Of a stretch of DNA of 64,000 nt, positions 57,588 to 64,000 are shown piece by piece (position 1 is the first letter of the stretch; each line of letters begins with the position of its first letter). The notes below the pieces were generated by a model. It worked only from the letters and a program-made list of their open reading frames with translations. It was not told the DNA's origin and did not search any database. The DNA comes from Gemmatimonadales bacterium (GTDB lineage: Bacteria > Gemmatimonadota > Gemmatimonadetes > Gemmatimonadales > GWC2-71-9): NCBI GenBank assembly GCA_035703525.1, contig DASSYA010000005.1:82532-146531 (forward strand). The letters are read 5' to 3'. Position numbers and translations under genes: made by a program.

Positions 57588-60500
57588 TCAGGCAGCGCCC
57601 GCGTGCTCACCGAGCCGGACGCCCACAATCGTGGAGACGCCGGGCTCCTGCATGGTGACACCGTAGACACTGTCGGCGGACTGCATCGTCCGCGGGTTGT
57701 GGGTGATGACGATGAACTGCGTCTGGGCCTTGAACTCGTCGAGGAGCTTGAGGAACCGCCCGACATTGGCGTCGTCGAGCGGGGCATCGACCTCGTCCAT
57801 GAGGCAGAACGGGCTCGGCTTGGTCAGGTAGATCGAGAAGAGCAGCGACGAGGCGACCAGCGTCCGCTCGCCGGACGACAGCAGGTGGATCCGCTGCGTC
57901 CGCTTGCCGCGAGGCGCCGCATGGATCTCGATCTCCGATTCGAGGGGATCGTCGGGATCGGTCAGCTTGAGGTCACACTCACCGCCACCGAACAGCGTCT
58001 GGAAGACGTTGGTGAAGTTGGTCCGGACGGCAGTGAAGGTCTCGAGGAAGAGGGCCTTCGCGGTGCCATCGATCTCGCGGATCGCCTGCAGGAGGGTCTG
58101 TCGCGCGGCGACCAGGTCGTCGCGTTGGGCCTGCATGAACTCGAGCCGCTTCGATTCCTCCGCGTGCTCCTCCATGGCGAGCGGATTGACGATGCCGATC
58201 GCCTCGAGTGCCGTGGTGATCCGCTCGGATTCGTCCTGCAGGGTCTCCAGGTCGGCATCGACATCGGGCGCAATCGCCACCAACTCGTCGAACGGCTGCT
58301 TCCATTCGGTCTCGACGCGCTCGACCACGCGCCGTCGCTCCGCCTTCGCCTCGGTGAAGCTGATGGCGAGGCCGTGGTGCTCCTCGCTCCGCGCCTCGAG
58401 TTCGTGACGGGTGGTGTTGAGCGCCAGCTCGGCCGCATGCAATCGTTGCTGTGCCGCCTGCAGGGTGCCGTTCGCCTCACCCGCGGCAGTCTCGAGCGCG
58501 ACCAGGGCCGCCGCCCGTTCGTCCCGACCGCTCTGCCACTGCAACCGTTCGGCATCGAGCGCATGCGCATCCTGCTCGAGCCGCTCGATTTCCTGGACCC
58601 GGGTCGCCTCGGTCTGGTCGGCCTCGGCGATGATCCGGGTGGCGCGCTCGATCGTGGCCGTTGCCGCACGCAGGCGCGCAGCGACATGGGCCTCCTGCAC
58701 TTGCCACTCGCTCCGCGCCTCGCGGGCCCGTTCCTGTTCCGCCTCGACGTCGGTGAGAGCCAGGCGTGCGGCGCCGAGTGTGTCGTCCAGTTCCGTCCGC
58801 TGCCGCCCGCCCTGGTCGAGCAGCGTCACGACCTCCTCGCGTCGCATCGCGGCGGCGGCCTGACGCTCGGTGAGCCGGCCCAGTTGCGCCTCGAGTTCAC
58901 CGAGTTCGCGATCCAGGTTCGCGAGCCGACGCGCGAGATCTTCCCGGGCCGCGACCGATTGCCGTTCCTGTTCCCGCAACGCCGCCGCGTGCTGTTCCGT
59001 CTCGCTCGCTGCCTGCTCCATCACCGCAAGCTCGCGTGCGGTCGCGATGCGCGTCTCGTCGGCGGCGGCAACTGTTGCTGTGGTCCGCGTGATGTTCCGG
59101 GACAGTTCCTGGAGCTCGGCGCGTCGTCGGAGCGGTCCGGTGGTAGTCCCCGGGCCGGTGAGCCAGATCGAGCCATTGGCGCGGCGGACCCCACGCCCCG
59201 TGTCGAGTGGCGTCGTCCCGCCAATGATCGCGGCAACCCAGGGCTCCGCGATCGGTTCGACCTTGAGGCGTGCGTCGATCGCCCCGTTCCCGGCCTCCGG
59301 GCCCGGTTGCACGGGGAGCAGGATCAGGGTGCCCGGCTGCTCGGCCTGATGCCACGCCTGGATCCGGGCAATGGTGTCGTTGTCCTTGACCAGAATGGCG
59401 TGGATGAACTCACCGAGCAGTTGCTCGGCGAGCGCGGCCTCATCTCCGTCGACGGTGATGACGTCGGCGAGCGTCCCGATCACGCCGTCGCCGAACTCCT
59501 CTCGACGCGCCAAGAGGGCCGCGGCGGCGGGTGCGACGCCGACCCGGTCGCGCTCGAGCGCCTGGAGCGCACTCTGTCGTGCCGTGAGGGTGGCGAGTTC
59601 CTCCTCGAGCGCGCGACGTTCCGCGACCTCGCGCGCCTCGCGATCGCGGGTCTCCCGCAGCTTGAGACGGGCCTGCTCGGCCGCCGCGGCCCCATGCCGC
59701 GCGTCATCGGCGTGTCGTTCGGCAACCGCCCGTGCCTCGACCAGTCGCTCGGCGGTCGACTGCCGGTCGTCCTGCAACTGCGCCTGGTGCGCCAGCTCGT
59801 CGGTGCACCGCGCCTGCAGCGAGGCCAGTTCCCCATCGAGGGCCGTGCGCTCGCCCTCGAGTTGCCGATGCCGCTCCGCGTGCTGCTGCAGTTCCTGCTC
59901 GGTGCGCCGCACCAGATCCCGCGACGTCGCGACGCGCTCGCGCCCGGCCTGCTCGACGGCGTTCCGGCCGGCGAGTTCCGCCTGGATGCGTTCGGCCTCC
60001 TGCTCGGCGGCGTGATGATCGATGGTGGCCGCTTCGAGGTCCTGACGGGCCTGCTGTCGACGCTGCTGCAACTGCTCCCGCTCGGTCATCGCGCGCTGCC
60101 GGCGCTCGGCGGCGTTGGCGATTCGCTCGGCGGCGACCGCGAGATCACCCTCGAGCTTCCCGAGCTCCAGTCGTGCCGCCGCGAGGTCCTCGACCACGGC
60201 ACTCCGGTGCCGTTCCGCGGCATCGCGGCCCTCGGCGGCCGTCTCCCGCTCGGCGTCGCACGCGGCAAGCTGCTCCCGCAACCGGGGGAGCTGGCTGGTC
60301 AGCTCGGTGTGGCGCGCTTCCCAGCTCGCGGCATCCTCGGCGAGTTGCACAAGCTGGCGCTGTGCCAGGGCGATGGTCACCGCGAAGCGCTCCTCGGAGA
60401 GCGCCTTGTGGCGCTCGGCCTTGCCCTTCTGGCGCGCGAGGGACCGCAGCTGCGACTGGATCTCGGCCAGCAAGTCCTCGAGCCGTTGGAGGTCGGCCCC

Positions 60501-61079
60501 GGTCTCCTCCAGTCGTCGCGACGTGGCGTGACGACGATCGCGATAGAGCCCGACGCCCGCTGCCTCCTCGAACAGGGAACGGCGTTCGTCGGCGCGATCG
60601 GAAAGCAGCAGATCGATCAGCTTCGCTTCGATCACCACCCCGGCATCGCCACCGAGTCCGGTGCCGCGAAGCAGGTCCTGGATGTCGCGGAGGCGGACGT
60701 TGGTCCGGTTCAGGAGGTAATCACTCTGCCCGCTCCGGGAGAGCCGGCGAGTGATCACGACCTCGGTGAACGGCGTCGGCAATTGGCCATCACTGTTGTC
60801 GAGATAGAGCGAGACTTCCGTGACGTTCACCGGTCGCCGACCGGCGGCACCCTGGAAGATGACGTCTTCCATCTTGCCGCCACGGAGCAGGCGGGCGGAT
60901 TGCTCGCCGAGCACCCAACGGACCGCATCGGAGACATTCGACTTGCCGCACCCGTTCGGTCCGACGATGGCAGTCACGCCACCCTCGAAATCGAGGGTCA
61001 CGGTGTCGGCGAACGACTTGAAGCCGGAAAGTTCCAGCTTGGAAAGCTTCATGGTGTGGGAGGGGACGGGGTTCGGCAC
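57588..61079 (-). CDS. smc: Chromosome segregation protein SMC
   Basis: 1163 aa. Walker A 'GPNGCGKSN', long Glu/Ala/Arg/Leu coiled coils with a central hinge, C-terminal signature 'LLSSGERTLVASSLLFSIY' and Walker B 'FCLMDEVDAPLD'. Confidence 0.95.
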   Translation of the reverse strand: MPNPVPSHTMKLSKLELSGFKSFADTVTLDFEGGVTAIVGPNGCGKSNVSDAVRWVLGEQSARLLRGGKMEDVIFQGAAGRRPVNVTEVSLYLDNSDGQLPTPFTEVVITRRLSRSGQSDYLLNRTNVRLRDIQDLLRGTGLGGDAGVVIEAKLIDLLLSDRADERRSLFEEAAGVGLYRDRRHATSRRLEETGADLQRLEDLLAEIQSQLRSLARQKGKAERHKALSEERFAVTIALAQRQLVQLAEDAASWEARHTELTSQLPRLREQLAACDAERETAAEGRDAAERHRSAVVEDLAAARLELGKLEGDLAVAAERIANAAERRQRAMTEREQLQQRRQQARQDLEAATIDHHAAEQEAERIQAELAGRNAVEQAGRERVATSRDLVRRTEQELQQHAERHRQLEGERTALDGELASLQARCTDELAHQAQLQDDRQSTAERLVEARAVAERHADDARHGAAAAEQARLKLRETRDREAREVAERRALEEELATLTARQSALQALERDRVGVAPAAAALLARREEFGDGVIGTLADVITVDGDEAALAEQLLGEFIHAILVKDNDTIARIQAWHQAEQPGTLILLPVQPGPEAGNGAIDARLKVEPIAEPWVAAIIGGTTPLDTGRGVRRANGSIWLTGPGTTTGPLRRRAELQELSRNITRTTATVAAADETRIATARELAVMEQAASETEQHAAALREQERQSVAAREDLARRLANLDRELGELEAQLGRLTERQAAAAMRREEVVTLLDQGGRQRTELDDTLGAARLALTDVEAEQERAREARSEWQVQEAHVAARLRAATATIERATRIIAEADQTEATRVQEIERLEQDAHALDAERLQWQSGRDERAAALVALETAAGEANGTLQAAQQRLHAAELALNTTRHELEARSEEHHGLAISFTEAKAERRRVVERVETEWKQPFDELVAIAPDVDADLETLQDESERITTALEAIGIVNPLAMEEHAEESKRLEFMQAQRDDLVAARQTLLQAIREIDGTAKALFLETFTAVRTNFTNVFQTLFGGGECDLKLTDPDDPLESEIEIHAAPRGKRTQRIHLLSSGERTLVASSLLFSIYLTKPSPFCLMDEVDAPLDDANVGRFLKLLDEFKAQTQFIVITHNPRTMQSADSVYGVTMQEPGVSTIVGVRLGEHAGAA

Positions 61080-61090
61080 GAAAGCGCCTG

Positions 61091-61108
61091 CCTCGCCCGT
61101 GGGCGAGG
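61091..61108 (-). terminator. Candidate stem-loop between the SPOR-protein gene and smc
   Basis: cctcgcc-cgtg-ggcgagg (7-bp stem), 39 nt after the upstream stop. No clear U-tract. Confidence 0.3.
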
Positions 61109-61146
61109 TGGCGCCGGAATCCCGAAAGATAGCAGGACGGCTGGGG

Positions 61147-62607
61147 TCAGGGCTCGCCGGATCCTGGGGTGGTCACGAAGTAGGGCCGACCCAGCCGCCG
61201 TCCATCGGCATCCGCCGCTTCGCGGGTCGGATATGGCCCCACCACGACCCGAAATCCCTCGCCAGGTGCCTTCGGATCGAGGACCTTGGCCCGGAACCCG
61301 ATTTCGGTGAGTTGGCGGGCAAAGGCCCGAGCATACTCCATGTTCTGGGAGGACGAGACCTGGATGAAGACCCGCTCCGCGGCAGCGGCGGCGGTGCTGT
61401 CGGGAGAGGTCGCGGCGTCGTCAGCCCCCTCGTCGCTGGCGAGCGTCCCGGCGGAGTCGGTGGCCGCTGGGGTATCCGCCAGGTCGGGTGTGTCACCGAT
61501 CGGGGCGGTTCCCGAGGCCGGCACCCATGGCAATTGCAGGAATCGATCCTTGGCGGCCCCGGCCAGCCGCGTCCGCGCCGTGGGTGGCGAGGACATGATA
61601 TCCCACGCCACGATGTCTTCGCCCGAGCGCACCACGAGTGTCCGGCCACCGCTCACCAGCGGCAGGTCCTCGGCCCAGGGCGCCTGGATCGTGGCCACCC
61701 GCTCCTGGCGAACAAGATCGATGAGCCAGAGTGAATCCCCAGCGGTAGGGCGGGCCAGGAGCCAGCGTCCCGAGCGGTCGGGCCGCAACTCCTTGGCCGA
61801 TCCGGGGAGCGCCAGCGTGGCGAGCTCGTTCCATCCGAATCGGTCGAGGAAGACCAGGTCGCCGCGCGCTCGTGCGACGTACAACCGATGCGCGGATGGC
61901 GAGAACGCGCTGGTGATCGGCATGCCCTTGAGCCGGATGAACTCGGGCGGGGTCTCATCGCTGGGGTGGACGACCACCAGGCCGCTGTCGGTCGTGATCA
62001 CCTGGACATCCCCGAACCAGCTCGAGGCCAGCTCGCCGGCCGGGACACGGAAACTCCGGACGATGCCATCCTCGTTCCGGACCTCGAGTCGCTGGCCGGC
62101 CGCGGTATAGGCCGCGAGGCCGGGTGAGAGGCCGGGGGCTCGCACCAGTCGGGCATCATTGCCCGGCACCCGATCGCCCTTCAGGACGGTCGCGGTCCGG
62201 CCACGAAAGATCACCGGGCGTCCGGTCGAGTCGATCGCGAGGACGGAGCCATCGGCGGTGCCGGTAATGCGGCGCACATCGGTCAGGTAGGTCCGCTCGC
62301 GGCGTGCGAGCAGGTCGAGTCCGATGACCTCACCCTCCGCATCGACCGCGTACACCATCCGGTCGTCGAGGTCGGTGCCGAGGGCCCGAACGATCGGGGC
62401 CATGCGGCCACGCATCTCCCAATCGAGTGGGGTGAGGGACCGGGCCTGATACAGCTGGGCGACCCCGCCCTCGGCCGGGAGCCGGAGCAACGACCCCTCG
62501 TCCGGGATGCCGGTCGGCAACTCTCGTGGTCCCCGGAGCGGCACATCGCCGCCACAGCCCGCGAGGACGGCGAGGGCGAGCAGGCCGAGTCGTGTTCCCC
62601 CCCCCAC
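61147..62607 (-). CDS. Lipoprotein with beta-propeller-like middle region and C-terminal SPOR (peptidoglycan-binding) domain
   Basis: The GTG at 62607 overlaps the upstream TAG by 1 nt. 'GGGTRLGLLALAVLAGCGG' lipobox. C-terminal 'VFIQVSSSQNMEYARAFARQL...GFRVVVGPYPTREAADA' is SPOR-like. The rest of ORF 61147..62997 overlaps the upstream gene. Confidence 0.7.
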   Translation of the reverse strand: MGGGTRLGLLALAVLAGCGGDVPLRGPRELPTGIPDEGSLLRLPAEGGVAQLYQARSLTPLDWEMRGRMAPIVRALGTDLDDRMVYAVDAEGEVIGLDLLARRERTYLTDVRRITGTADGSVLAIDSTGRPVIFRGRTATVLKGDRVPGNDARLVRAPGLSPGLAAYTAAGQRLEVRNEDGIVRSFRVPAGELASSWFGDVQVITTDSGLVVVHPSDETPPEFIRLKGMPITSAFSPSAHRLYVARARGDLVFLDRFGWNELATLALPGSAKELRPDRSGRWLLARPTAGDSLWLIDLVRQERVATIQAPWAEDLPLVSGGRTLVVRSGEDIVAWDIMSSPPTARTRLAGAAKDRFLQLPWVPASGTAPIGDTPDLADTPAATDSAGTLASDEGADDAATSPDSTAAAAAERVFIQVSSSQNMEYARAFARQLTEIGFRAKVLDPKAPGEGFRVVVGPYPTREAADADGRRLGRPYFVTTPGSGEP

Positions 62608-64000
62608 TAGTAGGTCGGTCCGAGGGAGATGGTCCAGAATGCCGAGGTGCCGGGACGCTGGATCGGCTTGGCGTAGTCGAACCGCAGGATCAGGAACCCG
62701 AAGAGGTTGGTACGGAGGGAGCCGCCCCACGAGCGGAGCGGGGTGCGCACGGTGATCGGGGACTCGCCGGGCTCCCGACCCCGGAGCTTGACCACGCTGC
62801 GGCTGTCCCAGGCCACGCCCGCATCGTAGAACACCGCCGCCTCGACCGGGGGGAGGAAGCGGGGCGACCAGTCGTAGAGGGGGGAGAGCAACGGGACGCG
62901 TACCTCGGCGTTGAACACGGCGAGCGACGTCCCGACGAGCTGGTCGAGTGCGCCACAGCCGGTGATCGAATTGGCCTCGCCGCTGGCGGTGAGGCATTCG
63001 TTCCGCCGGAACGATCCGGAGGTATACCCGCGGATCAGGTCGGGATAGCCGAGGAACTGGGTGAAACGATCGGCCTCGGACCCCGTGCGTCCGAAATAGA
63101 GCAGGCGGGTCGCGAGCGTGACGGGCCCGGCGAGCTTGTCGTAGCGCCGATAGTCGCCGGTGAGCTGGGTGTAGTTCCAGCCGCCGAGACTCTGCGAGAT
63201 CGAGAAGCGGGCGCGGCGACCGAGCATCGGGCCGACGAAGCCGTAGAGGGTGTTGTCATCCACGATCGCCAGGGACGGCTGCACGAAGCCGGTCGTCTCG
63301 ATCCCCTGTCGGGTGACCTTCGGGTCACGGGTGTAGATCCCGCTGATCGGATCGAAGTATTCGTCGAGCCGGATGATGGCATCGTCCACCAGGGTGCCGG
63401 AGAGTGCGAGTTCGATCCGGCGGAATCGCGAGATCGGATAGGCGGCCTGCGCGAACGCCGAACGGAGCACGATCCGTCGCACATCGGTGCGGAGCACGTT
63501 CTCGGGACTGTCCTGCACCGCGAACACGCCGCTCCCCTGGTAGAAGAAGTACGGTTCCTGCTGGACCCCGACGGCCCAGTTGAGGCGCTTCGAGATATTG
63601 CTGTACGCGGCGAGGATCTGGGCCTCCTCGATCCGGCCGTTGACATAGCCGGAGAAGAGCAGCTGGTGGTCGCCGAGCATGTCGGAGAGGGAGATCGCGG
63701 TCCCGCCGAAGACGCCGCGCCCGAAGTTGTCGCGCGTGTAGCCGATCGACGGGCGCGCCACGAAGTCGGGCGAGAACCCGACGTGATAGGGCCGCTCGGT
63801 GAAGCTGCTCGTGTCGGGCAATCCGAGGGAGGCGGAATCATTGAGTGCCTGGATGCTGAGCATCGGCGGTGGTCGGAGCGAATCGACCAGCACGCCGAGC
63901 GAGTCGGCTTGTCGGAGCCGACCGTCGGGGGAGACATAGATCGCGCCGCCGCCGGTCGAATTGACCGTGACCGTCGTGTCCCGGGGAGTCTCGGGTGCGG
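62607..64000 (-). CDS. Omp85/BamA-like outer-membrane beta-barrel protein; N-terminus beyond the window end
   Basis: The frame stays open upstream of the listed start through to base 64000 (...TVNSTGGGAIYVSPDGRLRQADSLGVLVD...). Alternating beta-strand pattern. C-terminal 'FLILRFDYAKPI...FWTISLGPTY' ends in an aromatic residue, as in OMP barrels. Confidence 0.65.
   Translation of the reverse strand, partial: APETPRDTTVTVNSTGGGAIYVSPDGRLRQADSLGVLVDSLRPPPMLSIQALNDSASLGLPDTSSFTERPYHVGFSPDFVARPSIGYTRDNFGRGVFGGTAISLSDMLGDHQLLFSGYVNGRIEEAQILAAYSNISKRLNWAVGVQQEPYFFYQGSGVFAVQDSPENVLRTDVRRIVLRSAFAQAAYPISRFRRIELALSGTLVDDAIIRLDEYFDPISGIYTRDPKVTRQGIETTGFVQPSLAIVDDNTLYGFVGPMLGRRARFSISQSLGGWNYTQLTGDYRRYDKLAGPVTLATRLLYFGRTGSEADRFTQFLGYPDLIRGYTSGSFRRNECLTASGEANSITGCGALDQLVGTSLAVFNAEVRVPLLSPLYDWSPRFLPPVEAAVFYDAGVAWDSRSVVKLRGREPGESPITVRTPLRSWGGSLRTNLFGFLILRFDYAKPIQRPGTSAFWTISLGPTY

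Noticed and set aside
57372-61310. 1312-aa plus-strand ORF
   Set aside because: Antisense to smc, which has a clear Walker A, signature motif and coiled coil. The composition (Leu/Arg/Gly/Asp repeats mirroring the coiled-coil codons) indicates a shadow ORF.

Overview
High-GC (by eye roughly two-thirds G+C) chromosomal segment from a diderm bacterium. Gene content (TolC, LolA-like, Omp85-like, SPOR lipoprotein, BshB1, many MacB/FtsX-type permeases) would fit Gemmatimonadota or a relative, but I cannot verify taxonomy here. Most of the window is housekeeping: grpE-dnaJ; an iscS-like/mnmA/holin-family/ppk1 operon; a TolC-MacA-ATPase operon with four FtsX permeases; a 1208-aa histidine kinase; comM, arfB, an NtrC-family activator, a sigma-70 factor, yajQ, spoIID-like; rpmE-prfA-prmC-ylbF-tmk-S41 protease; DAHP synthase and smc. 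I found no rRNA, tRNA, CRISPR, transposase or integrase. The main signal is a 5.3-kb, visibly lower-GC insert (7816-13085). It is bracketed by a 45-nt imperfect direct repeat of the ppk 3' end. It carries a 331/334-bp direct repeat and an orphan LuxR-type response regulator whose SD-preceded ATG is followed by a 13-nt poly-C tract that puts the receiver out of frame. A truncated second copy has a 10-C tract. The insert also holds two paralogous secreted beta-propeller proteins and two translationally coupled, paralogous Cys-rich secreted proteins. Other observations: a family of intergenic hairpins built from 7-nt tandem units at four loci, duplicated heterodimer-like permease pairs, a membrane-fused and apparently frameshifted ECF sigma factor, and a second lower-GC islet with a metzincin-like lipoprotein. 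All calls are by-eye motif recognition; no searches were run.
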